Source of the DNA: a virus
Taxonomy: Duplodnaviria > Caudoviricetes
Strand: one strand, 5' to 3'
Length of the DNA: 64,000 bases
Virus record (IMG/VR): IMGVR_UViG_2894708747_000001
Position 1 is the stretch's first letter. Each line of letters starts with the position of its first letter. Below, in pieces: positions 56,711 to 64,000 of this stretch. Under the pieces are notes generated by a model. It was not told the DNA's origin, ran no database searches, and saw only the letters and a program-made list of their open reading frames with translations. Both the position numbers and the translations under genes were made by a program.

Positions 56711-56968
56711 TTACCTAAAAAGCTCATTATAAAGCTCATTATATGCTTTTTCGTAGTGTTGAGGATTACCATCTCTTTTGACCCATTCATCATAGCAAGC
56801 ATCTACCTGCCAATGGAAATCAGACCGTGGATTGTTATTTGCATACGCTGATAGCCATATTTTATCTTTGGTTTCTTTAAACAATTCTTCTTTCGTCATT
56901 TGGGCTAGTTTTTCTAGATACAATGATTTAGGTTTTCCATAATTGTCATTCCCGCTATATTTGTCCAT
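56711..56968 (-). CDS. Hypothetical protein
   Basis: 85 aa, AAGGAG RBS. Confidence 0.6.
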   Translation of the reverse strand: MDKYSGNDNYGKPKSLYLEKLAQMTKEELFKETKDKIWLSAYANNNPRSDFHWQVDACYDEWVKRDGNPQHYEKAYNELYNELFR

Positions 56969-57005
56969 TTCTTTTCTCTCCTTCGCATTATCTTTGGAAT
57001 GTATA

Positions 57006-57152
57006 TCATTCTATGAAGTCACGCATAGCCTTTGATCTTAAACGCCGTAATAACTGATCAGATTTATAATGATTTGCACAAGAGCCTGGCCGAAAAAGTT
57101 TACACGTTTTCCATAAATAACATCTACCTAAACAAACTATAGGGCCTGACAT
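57006..57152 (-). CDS. Small Cys-rich protein not in the ORF track (48 aa)
   Basis: AAGGAGGTGA RBS; MSGPIVCLGRCYLWKTCKLFRPGSC; flanked by 23-bp direct repeats. Confidence 0.55.
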   Translation of the reverse strand: MSGPIVCLGRCYLWKTCKLFRPGSCANHYKSDQLLRRLRSKAMRDFIE

Positions 57153-57191
57153 ATTTCTCTCACCTCCTTCGTATTTTCTTTGGAATACGAA

Positions 57192-57374
57192 TTACTTAGT
57201 CTCTATTTCAAAGTTAATCTCTCTATATTCCATTAAATTATTGACAAGTATTTCCATACAAATTAACACACATTTTTCGCATATATCTGCCTTGGGGCTT
57301 GTTATCATCATTTTTACTTGCTCCTCAGATCTACCGCAAAAACTACAGCTTTTCACAGATAATACCTCCTTCAC
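57192..57374 (-). CDS. ClpX C4-type zinc-finger protein
   Basis: CSFCGRS...V..MI......ICEKCV.IC; start may be 57356. Confidence 0.75.
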   Translation of the reverse strand: MKEVLSVKSCSFCGRSEEQVKMMITSPKADICEKCVLICMEILVNNLMEYREINFEIETK

Positions 57375-57451
57375 ATTTTAAATTTATGTTCACGAAAATC
57401 ATAAGCACTATAAAATTTGCCGCCACATTTGAGACATTCTCAAGATACTAT
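57371..57451 (-). pseudogene. Decayed zinc-ribbon mini-gene
   Basis: GGAGGT RBS followed by ATA rather than ATG, then VS*ECLKCGGKFYSAYD; no second CxxC. Confidence 0.4.
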
Positions 57452-57478
57452 TGTTATTATTACCTCCCTCATATTGTT

Positions 57479-57512
57479 AGTAAGGGTACAAGATTTTTAT
57501 TGTACCCTTACT
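57479..57512. repeat. Perfect 13-8-13 inverted repeat
   Basis: AGTAAGGGTACAA-GATTTTTA-TTGTACCCTTACT. Confidence 0.75.
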
Positions 57513-57528
57513 GCTTTAAAAATATATT

Positions 57529-58452
57529 TTAAGCGGCCAATAACTCAAAGGCTTTATCAATTAGAGGATGACCGTCAATGGTCTTAGCAAACAACCGTTC
57601 CTTATAAGTTGTGGTTTTACGAAGAGGTTCTGCGTGAGTTGCAAAGTCACTAACTGCATTTATTAAGGCCCATCTTGTTCCCCTATAAAGCTGAAGATCA
57701 GGGGCTTGATCATATCGACGCCATAAATCTTCACGAAGTTTAATGATATTATCTTTTTGACGCGGCTTAACTTCGTGAGGGAAGGGAAGAAGTTCATTTA
57801 TAAAATCTTCTACCTCACTATCACTAATGGATAAATTAACAAGTCTTTCTGCTTCCTCAGTTAAGGAATCAAGATAAGCATAAGCAAGTCCTAATGTTCT
57901 TTGAGCTTCCGCAAGTTTGTTTTGCATGTTGCCCATATGGATTGTTGTCCACATCCTCTTGGCAGAGGATAAAGCTAAGTTTAATGTATTCTGGCAAACT
58001 ATCCGTACAGGAGTTATAGCAACTTTAACTGCTCCCTTGCCATCGTGAGAATTAGTAAAAACTAAGAAAGGTTCAATTCTATCATTTAAGATAGTAATTC
58101 GTTCCAATCTTGCCAGCATCCAAACTCTCTTACCACCAGCTAAACTTCCAGCAGTTTCATATCGCACTCCTTCCCCTAAAAGAGCATCAGTAAAAGCAAA
58201 GGCTTCCACATTCTGAACTACTTTGTATTGATCACTAACTATTCCAAGCACCTGTTGATCTGTCGATCTAACGTTAGCAACATAACCCTCTACGGGATTT
58301 CCATTAACATAAACGGGCACTTGTTCTACTCTCCAATCCAGCCCCGCCAATTCCAGAGCTTTTTTAGAATCGGGAGCTTCTTCAATAACAATACCCAAAC
58401 CGTGCCAGGGCACTTCTCTAACTGAAAACATTGAATCTACATTTGCAGGCAT
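57529..58452 (-). CDS. DUF932 (phage/plasmid-like) protein
   Basis: MFSVRE.PWHGLG, Y.VVQN.EAF.F, ETAGSL.GG, NSHDG, TPVR.VC.NTL, W.L.NAVS. Confidence 0.88.
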   Translation of the reverse strand: MPANVDSMFSVREVPWHGLGIVIEEAPDSKKALELAGLDWRVEQVPVYVNGNPVEGYVANVRSTDQQVLGIVSDQYKVVQNVEAFAFTDALLGEGVRYETAGSLAGGKRVWMLARLERITILNDRIEPFLVFTNSHDGKGAVKVAITPVRIVCQNTLNLALSSAKRMWTTIHMGNMQNKLAEAQRTLGLAYAYLDSLTEEAERLVNLSISDSEVEDFINELLPFPHEVKPRQKDNIIKLREDLWRRYDQAPDLQLYRGTRWALINAVSDFATHAEPLRKTTTYKERLFAKTIDGHPLIDKAFELLAA

Positions 58453-58470
58453 AATAAAATCCCCCTTTAT

Positions 58471-60300
58471 TTAAATCATACTTTCTATAAACTCTTTAGC
58501 TCGCATAGCTTCATTTCTATTTTTAGTTTTCAAAAGAAAATCAGACATTGCTTTCTTTTTTTGAATCACCTCCATAACGTGTTCATCAATAGTATCCTGA
58601 CAGACTAAATAATAAACAGTAACGGCATTTTTTTGCCCTATACGGTGGGCGCGGGAGAAGGCTTGTTCTACATAGTCATACGACCATTCACAATCTAAAA
58701 AGATTACATAGGTGGCGGCAGTGAGAGTTAAACCTTCTCTACACGCTGGAGTACAACCAATAAACAATTTACATGAACTATCATTCTGAAACTTATCTAC
58801 CTGTTTCTGACGATCAGAAGTCATTATGTCTTTCAACAACTCCTCCTGTTTTTCAGGAGGAAAAGTATGATAATCAGGATACATTTCTAAAAGAAGTTTA
58901 AGTGCCGTCTGCTTAGTTTTACCATTAGCGTTCACATCACCATGAATAACAGCAGGATTATATCTTTTATATCGTTCTGTAAGAAGATGAACCATAGGTA
59001 AAAATCTAGAGAAAACAATAGCTTTTTGGCCGTTGTTATCAATAATATCCTCCAAGAGTTCATCTAGGGCCTCCAATTTAGCACTCTTACTTTCAGCAGG
59101 GGCACCAATAAGAGTAGGGGAGTCAGTAATCTGCTGGAGCCGCAACAATTTTGTTAAAGCAGACGGTATTTTAGTGAGAGAAGTGTCTTTTAAAATCTCT
59201 AGGATTTCATTTTTAACTCCATTATATAGGAGTTTCTGTTGGGGACTCATTTCTACTGTAATAGTTTTAAATACAATATCTGGAAGCTCCTTTAATTTAT
59301 CCTTCTTTAACCTGCGAAGCATATTGTTTTGAATTAGTTTCCGTAACTCCTTGATATTTTTATAACCCACAATTTCTTTATTGTTGTAGCCTCCAAAAAT
59401 AGCGTACCGTTTTCGGAAGGCCCACCAGTTTTGCTTGATTTTTCCACCCCACTTCAAATAGTTGTAAGCCTCTAATGGACTATTGGGGAGGGGGGTAGCA
59501 GTAAGAACATAACGATATTTAAAAGGAATAGAGAAAATAACAGAACCAATTTTACTTTGAGGGTTCTTAACTTTATGGGCTTCGTCTAATACACAGAAAT
59601 CCAAACCAACCATTTTATGGAGTAAAAGTAAATCATTATAATCCATACGAAATGTTTCGTAGGATATAATAGCAAATGTCCAATCTTGATTATAACGAAG
59701 TTCGTTATAAATAGAATTGCGTTGCTGTTGGTTGCCTGCGATTACAACAGCTTTTTGGTAGGTGTGTTTATGAATTTCTTTTAACCAAGTATAAAGCAAG
59801 GTAGCTTTACAAATAATTATCCCACGTTGGAGCATACCTAATTTTTTCTTAGCTTCTATTGCCGTAATTACCTGAAAGGTTTTCCCCAATCCTGGGTCGT
59901 CACCTAAGATAAGAAACGGTCGCTGGACTAATAAATTAAATCCCTTGACTTGAAATTCACCCCAGGGAGGGATTTTAAATCCCGTTGCCCCCACAATATT
60001 TTTATTTTCATCATATTCTACACTGTATCCTGGTACAATAGGCTGATCGGGAATAGTATTTTCATCTATTCCCCCCACTTCTCGATAATTGCCATCTTCA
60101 TCTTTCCAAATGATCAAAAAATCTTCCATTTTTTCTTCAAAGTCTTTACGGTACTGGTAGGGAACCGCCCACAGTTTACTGCGGGGGTTATACAGAACTC
60201 CACGCACTTTCTTCATTTCTTCTTCAATTTGAGGGTTAGGGTGAAAGGAAACTTTAATCCAATCCCTATCTTTGACCCTCACCTTTTCGGCAAGGATCAT
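58471..60300 (-). CDS. SNF2-family helicase/ATPase
   Basis: DDPGLGKT, SYE, DEAH.VKN, LTATP, LRR.K, EGLTL, QA.SRAHRIGQ. Confidence 0.92.
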   Translation of the reverse strand: MILAEKVRVKDRDWIKVSFHPNPQIEEEMKKVRGVLYNPRSKLWAVPYQYRKDFEEKMEDFLIIWKDEDGNYREVGGIDENTIPDQPIVPGYSVEYDENKNIVGATGFKIPPWGEFQVKGFNLLVQRPFLILGDDPGLGKTFQVITAIEAKKKLGMLQRGIIICKATLLYTWLKEIHKHTYQKAVVIAGNQQQRNSIYNELRYNQDWTFAIISYETFRMDYNDLLLLHKMVGLDFCVLDEAHKVKNPQSKIGSVIFSIPFKYRYVLTATPLPNSPLEAYNYLKWGGKIKQNWWAFRKRYAIFGGYNNKEIVGYKNIKELRKLIQNNMLRRLKKDKLKELPDIVFKTITVEMSPQQKLLYNGVKNEILEILKDTSLTKIPSALTKLLRLQQITDSPTLIGAPAESKSAKLEALDELLEDIIDNNGQKAIVFSRFLPMVHLLTERYKRYNPAVIHGDVNANGKTKQTALKLLLEMYPDYHTFPPEKQEELLKDIMTSDRQKQVDKFQNDSSCKLFIGCTPACREGLTLTAATYVIFLDCEWSYDYVEQAFSRAHRIGQKNAVTVYYLVCQDTIDEHVMEVIQKKKAMSDFLLKTKNRNEAMRAKEFIESMI

Positions 60301-60934
60301 TTATACCACCTTCCTGTTTTAATTTTTGGTAGCGTCGGTGTAAAGTAGACTTCGGTACCTGCATTATTTTAGCAATCTCATAAAAAGATTTTCCTTCTAC
60401 ATCTTTTAAGTACAATAGAAGATTATCGTCTATTTTTTCTATCTGAAAACCTAACTGTTGAACATAACTTTCTATGTCTAAACCCTTTAAGGAAGCACGA
60501 TAGAAAAGTTTAAGATAGAGAGAACGATCTAATTTAACTTTACCGTTTTCATTACGAGAAGCTAGAGTTGCCACCAATTCTTCTTCTGACATGGTGTTAT
60601 TATAAATAACATTGAACCCCAATTTTCTTAGGTGTTCATAAGGTTTTCCTTCCTGGGAAAGATATTTATAAGCGGCAGGGTGAGCGGTTCGTAAATCCGT
60701 CAAATTAACCGTATCGCCATAGTAGTATTGGAGGTAGTAACGAATAGTTTCTGGATTACACCAGGAAACTAAATCGTCTATTATTTCTATCCCATTTCGT
60801 TTCAAAGTGTCTCGCACTACAGCAAGATTACTAAGCACCACTTTAAATAAATAATAATTTTGTTGTTTAAGGTGGCGGAGGGAAACTATTCCGTTACGAG
60901 CATATTTAAGTAATAATTTAGCAGTATGTTTCAT
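60266..60934 (-). CDS. Hypothetical protein with a C-terminal HTH
   Basis: GKSFYEIAKIMQVPKSTLHRRY; ATGA overlap favours start 60934. Confidence 0.6.
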   Translation of the reverse strand: MKHTAKLLLKYARNGIVSLRHLKQQNYYLFKVVLSNLAVVRDTLKRNGIEIIDDLVSWCNPETIRYYLQYYYGDTVNLTDLRTAHPAAYKYLSQEGKPYEHLRKLGFNVIYNNTMSEEELVATLASRNENGKVKLDRSLYLKLFYRASLKGLDIESYVQQLGFQIEKIDDNLLLYLKDVEGKSFYEIAKIMQVPKSTLHRRYQKLKQEGGINDPCRKGEGQR

Positions 60935-61158
60935 TCCAGGACATGGGATAAGTCCAATGATGCATACTCTCGCGCCACCATCTGTAAACCCTGTAACATA
61001 GGCAGTTCCCACAATATTTTTTTAGAATCCAAACCAACCAGTTCAATCATACTTTCCAGATCTCTTTTGTCCTGTTCACTGATAGTTTTCGCTTGCATTA
61101 AACCAATAAAAACATCCATGATTGCAATTAAGGCCGCCGCTTTTTCTTTTGTTTTCAC
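60931..61158 (-). CDS. Hypothetical protein
   Basis: GGGGG RBS favours GTG 61158. Confidence 0.5.
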   Translation of the reverse strand: MKTKEKAAALIAIMDVFIGLMQAKTISEQDKRDLESMIELVGLDSKKILWELPMLQGLQMVAREYASLDLSHVLE

Positions 61159-61159
61159 G

Positions 61160-61408
61160 TTAAAACCCCCTGATGTAGTCAATAGTTTTCGCATCTACAT
61201 AACGGCTTGCTTTAGTTAAAGCCCGTAAGATACCTTCTTTATTTCCCATAAAAATAACGTTTAAAATGGGCCTTATATCTTCCAGAGAAATGTAACCGTC
61301 TTTTGCCATAGCCAGTAAAGTTAAAACAATTTCAGGTGCTTCCACTGTTCCTTTAAAATATTTCTCTTGTAGTTCTTTACCAATGACCTGGATGCGATTG
61401 TCGTCCAC
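61160..61408 (-). CDS. Hypothetical protein
   Basis: AAGGAGG RBS; first gene after a SigA-type promoter. Confidence 0.6.
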   Translation of the reverse strand: MDDNRIQVIGKELQEKYFKGTVEAPEIVLTLLAMAKDGYISLEDIRPILNVIFMGNKEGILRALTKASRYVDAKTIDYIRGF

Positions 61409-61445
61409 TATTAATCCTCCTTACGACAATCTATGCTATAAGTTA

Positions 61446-61473
61446 ATTATAGCAGTTTTTTACTCCAGGTCAA
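61446..61473 (-). promoter_or_regulatory. SigA-type promoter
   Basis: TTGACC-N16-TATAAT with TGn extension. Confidence 0.65.
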
Positions 61474-61483
61474 TGGTTTATAT

Positions 61484-62821
61484 TTAGTATCCCAAAAGCC
61501 TTAGTATAGCATCTTCATATCCCTCCAGAAATCTGGTAGTAAGATCACCTGCGTCAGTTAACCAGTGATTAGTTTCATGTAGTAAAACTCTAGCTAATTT
61601 GCGTTCTGAGCTGAAAGCACTTTTAGCAAGGAAAATAGTTTTCTTTTCCTTATCCCAAACCCCCTCCGCATAACTGACAACATTTTCGTCGGTAAGATAT
61701 TCTACAACAACTATTTTAGGAAAATCCTTAATTGAGCGTAGTCCTAAAGCATGTTTTAGACGCATTTTCACGGACTTTAACATGGAGGCTTCACGTTCAT
61801 TTAAATGGGCGCGTTCATGTTTGACTTCTAGTTTAATAACTTCTTCCGCTGATTTAAACCCTAAATATCTTAATTCTGAGTACCAAGGGCGGGGGAGGCA
61901 AATAAGGGTATACCCTCTATATTCCGCTTCTCGATCAATGTGGTGATTATTAGAGGGAATAACTAACCTGTTACCCCTCGTCTTGTGAGCTTTAGCGATA
62001 ATTTTTAACCACAACTCACTTTGTTTATCATCTGTAAGGTCATTATAAAATCCATACATAATATCATGATAAGTTTGCCCTTCCAGGGCTAGGTCTACAT
62101 ACTTTTTAATGAAAGCAGGCCCTTGGCGGAAGATTAAACGCCTAATACGAGAATATGCCTTATCTACGTTAACTTGAGAACGATCTCGGTTTATTAAACT
62201 TCTATCTTTAAGGTTGTAGGCAAAATAGAGATTTAAAGGATTGGTATTATCTTCCTGCTCAATTCGCACCCCGTTTATCCACAATTCATGAAAACGATTG
62301 GGAATAATAGTTTCTTCGCGTATATATTTTTCATTGATACCTGTTAAAACGGCAAAGGAATTGATGGCGTTAGAAAACTCTTCCTCAGTACACTCTATCG
62401 TGACGAGTGTCCCTTTAATTCGCTCATTGGGTTCCACATAAATATTAAGTACCTCAGTATTGTGGGGAGTAGATTCAATTTTTCCGTAAAAACTAAATCC
62501 TACTGTATCAATACGGTGAAATCTTTTCTCCCGCGCCATCACCAGAAGAAAAAGTTTCCAACCTTCGCCAAAGTTACCAATCCCATCTTCATCATCTTTT
62601 TGTTCAGATTCTCCTATATAGAGGTGACGTTTCTTTAAACCTATGTAGTCATCTTGCATTAATCCCATGCCAGTACCTTCATCATATTTGAGGACGGGTT
62701 TAGAACCGCTTTTAATGGCACCATAGGCTATATTTTGAGCGGCTTCTTTGATAGCCTGAGTTACAGTCCAGTAACTTACATAATTAGGAGTTAACCCTGT
62801 TGGGATAACCTCTGTAGCCAT
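61484..62821 (-). CDS. GHKL ATPase fused to an HExxH metallopeptidase-like domain
   Basis: AIKE..QN, D...G, GES.., IGNFGEG.K, GT.V; C-terminal G......IFL....VLLHETNH. Confidence 0.75.
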   Translation of the reverse strand: MATEVIPTGLTPNYVSYWTVTQAIKEAAQNIAYGAIKSGSKPVLKYDEGTGMGLMQDDYIGLKKRHLYIGESEQKDDEDGIGNFGEGWKLFLLVMAREKRFHRIDTVGFSFYGKIESTPHNTEVLNIYVEPNERIKGTLVTIECTEEEFSNAINSFAVLTGINEKYIREETIIPNRFHELWINGVRIEQEDNTNPLNLYFAYNLKDRSLINRDRSQVNVDKAYSRIRRLIFRQGPAFIKKYVDLALEGQTYHDIMYGFYNDLTDDKQSELWLKIIAKAHKTRGNRLVIPSNNHHIDREAEYRGYTLICLPRPWYSELRYLGFKSAEEVIKLEVKHERAHLNEREASMLKSVKMRLKHALGLRSIKDFPKIVVVEYLTDENVVSYAEGVWDKEKKTIFLAKSAFSSERKLARVLLHETNHWLTDAGDLTTRFLEGYEDAILRLLGY

Positions 62822-62893
62822 AAGATTATCTCCTTTCTAGGAGGTGGGGGAAGAGTAGCCTCCCCGATAATATTAAATCATTGACATTTATTA

Positions 62894-62922
62894 TATACGT
62901 CACAGCCACCCTGATTCTTAAT
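62894..62922 (-). promoter_or_regulatory. Putative phage promoter ATTAA-N18-CGTATA
   Basis: Minus-strand match upstream of the GHKL gene. Confidence 0.55.
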
Positions 62923-63097
62923 CCCCTGAAATAGTAGTCCCCTCTTCAAGGAGGGTGGGGCAGTCTTTTATAAGACGATAAAGAGTAAATTCATCTAATT
63001 CACCTTCACAGGAATTATAATTGGGACATTGCTCACAAAACTCTACAGAAGGAGCTTTACCTGTTTTTTCGTAAATGTAAACAGCACAGTTAGACAT
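62918..63097 (-). CDS. Small Cys-rich protein
   Basis: GGAGGT RBS favours MSNCAV; CEQCP....C. Confidence 0.5.
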   Translation of the reverse strand: MSNCAVYIYEKTGKAPSVEFCEQCPNYNSCEGELDEFTLYRLIKDCPTLLEEGTTISGD

Positions 63098-63135
63098 GAT
63101 ACTAACCTCCAACACTGAAATTTTTAAACTCACTT

Positions 63136-63240
63136 TTACACATACTGTAATACAATATAAGTTATTAGACAGCCTAAAATAAAACTACTAAACCAAGTTA
63201 ATAAAAATCCAAAGAATTTTCCTCTATAGAGGAAGCGCAT
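63136..63240 (-). CDS. 34-aa hydrophobic peptide not in the ORF track
   Basis: GGAGGT RBS; MRFLYRGKFFGFLLTWFSSFILGCLITYIVLQYV. Confidence 0.5.
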   Translation of the reverse strand: MRFLYRGKFFGFLLTWFSSFILGCLITYIVLQYV

Positions 63241-63318
63241 ATAAATACCTCCATTATATAATGGCGATGGGGGGAGAGGCTAATTAAAATCTTACAATTA
63301 GCAGACGCAATTAAGCAT

Positions 63319-63459
63319 TTATCTTATTTTCTTTAGGGGTTTTTCTTTTATTTTTGATGGGTAATAATCCCTGCACCCTCCATTATAAAAATAAACCACA
63401 GGTAAAGAACATTTTTCTCTTACTTTGTCATAATTTTTACAGTCTTGTTGATTGCACAC
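63319..63459 (-). CDS. Small Cys-rich protein
   Basis: GGAGG RBS favours GTG 63459; CNQQDC...C...C. Confidence 0.45.
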   Translation of the reverse strand: MCNQQDCKNYDKVREKCSLPVVYFYNGGCRDYYPSKIKEKPLKKIR

Positions 63460-63781
63460 CCTCACTTCCTCCTCTAATAGATAATAAAAAGGAAATAGGG
63501 AACTATAAAACTTATTAGTTTTATAGTTCCCCAAGTCCTTTATCAATATTAACTAAATTTTTCTCATTAAAGGTATTTTTGTCTTAACAAAACAAAGCTG
63601 TTAAAGCAAGAAATACGATCCAACCTAGCAGGATTTTGCGAATGGATAGCGAAATAATAGTTTTAGTACCGCGTATGTATTATTACAATATCATTGGTTT
63701 ATTGTAATGAAAGTACGCGGCTTAGACAGGTTAGAGGAGAATTATCTAGGATTTTCAAGGGTTCGGAGAGGGCGAGACTGG

Positions 63782-63842
63782 GCGTACGTTTGAGGGGCGT
63801 ATGGGTACACCCGTGCGGGTTCAAGTCCCGCTCGCCGCACCA
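63782..63842 (+). tRNA. 3' fragment of tRNA-Leu(GAG), att core (attR or attP)
   Basis: Anticodon arm TACGT-TTGAGGG-GCGTA, long variable arm, T-arm GCGGG-TTCAAGT-CCCGC, TCGCCGC-A-CCA; no D-arm or 5' acceptor strand upstream. Confidence 0.85.
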
Positions 63843-63844
63843 GG

Positions 63845-63878
63845 ATAAAACGTGGGTTAAAGCCCACGTTTTATTTTT
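63845..63878 (+). terminator. Rho-independent terminator after the tRNA fragment
   Basis: ATAAAACGTGGG/CCCACGTTTTAT 12-bp stem followed by TTTT. Confidence 0.85.
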
Positions 63879-64000
63879 GTGCGCCCGGCATGGGCGTTAA
63901 CTTGGTGGTGAAAGTCCACTGCAGGCGAGGCAGCACGAGTCTGCTAGCCAAAGGCAAGGGTGCCCATCGCGAGGTGGGATCCGGAGGAAGCCGGAGGCAA
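63879..64000 (+). mobile_element. Group IIC intron, 5' end (truncated by the window)
   Basis: Starts GTGCGCCCGGCATGGG immediately after a terminator; GTGAAAGTCC, GCAAGGGTG, GCGA loop and GGAAGC match the domain I layout I recall for Oceanobacillus iheyensis-type IIC introns. Confidence 0.88.

Larger units (their letters stand above)
1..63842. mobile_element. Large temperate phage/prophage (partial; left end outside window), ending at a tRNA-Leu att site
   Basis: Continuous tail, replication, nucleotide-metabolism and lysis modules with no host housekeeping operons; ends at a 3' tRNA fragment after which the sequence is GC-richer. Confidence 0.95.

Noticed and set aside
33126-60934. Genome-wide TGA reassignment
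   Set aside because: TGA ends intact genes (endonuclease, recA, ATGA overlaps) and Trp is TGG; in-frame TGAs were seen only in two mini-genes.
2078-61219. Short antisense or out-of-frame ORFs in the track (e.g. 2078-2347, 6875-7300, 22480-22818, 39054-39398, 59950-60348)
   Set aside because: They lie within well-supported genes and show no recognisable motifs.
63296-63308. AATTAGCAGACGC as a displaced tRNA-Leu D-arm
   Set aside because: Short, mismatched, about 470 nt away and without a 5' acceptor strand; probably chance.
1-63780. Frequent GGCGG/CCGCC as a Chi-like signal
   Set aside because: Occurs on both strands and is at least partly explained by GCWGC avoidance forcing GCG/GCC codons; not claimable without counts.
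63717-63842. Complete tRNA-Leu gene
   Set aside because: No D-arm; the upstream GCGGCTT pairs only partly with the 3' acceptor strand and is too far away.
63694-63900. 68-aa plus-strand ORF
   Set aside because: Runs across the tRNA fragment, terminator and intron start.

Overview
Nearly the whole window (1-~63,840) is part of one large, AT-rich temperate phage or prophage. The host is inferred to be an anaerobic, spore-forming Bacillota (GGAGG ribosome-binding sites, only a class III ribonucleotide reductase, a SigF/G-like sigma factor). Gene order: tail/baseplate and adhesin genes (1-21.5 kb, with PhoH and an N6-adenine methyltransferase inserted); a leftward XerC/D-like recombinase; replication, recombination and nucleotide genes (initiator, DnaC-like loader, DnaB, RlmN-like radical SAM enzyme, ThyX, primase, ECF-like sigma, SSB, family A DNA polymerase split by a group I intron with a LAGLIDADG gene, Cas4-like nuclease, RecA, NrdG/NrdD, dUTPase, Tmk, lytic transglycosylase, HU, SigF-like sigma); a second tail-fibre/lysis block; an RNA ligase; and a leftward arm of mini-genes, DUF932, SNF2 and a GHKL-HExxH protein. 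The phage ends at a 3' tRNA-Leu(GAG) fragment (att site), followed by a terminator and the 5' end of a group IIC intron. Most notable: (i) a 1768-aa virion protein whose beta-sandwich domains appear nested six levels deep; (ii) an unannotated mini-gene with an in-frame UGA in a CxxU/CxxC pair followed by a SECIS-like hairpin; (iii) an eight-copy promoter motif, nTTAA-N17/18-CGTATA; (iv) an RlmN-like enzyme lacking the resolving cysteine; (v) strong avoidance of CCGG, GGWCC and GCWGC. All calls were made by eye from motifs; no database search or computation was run.
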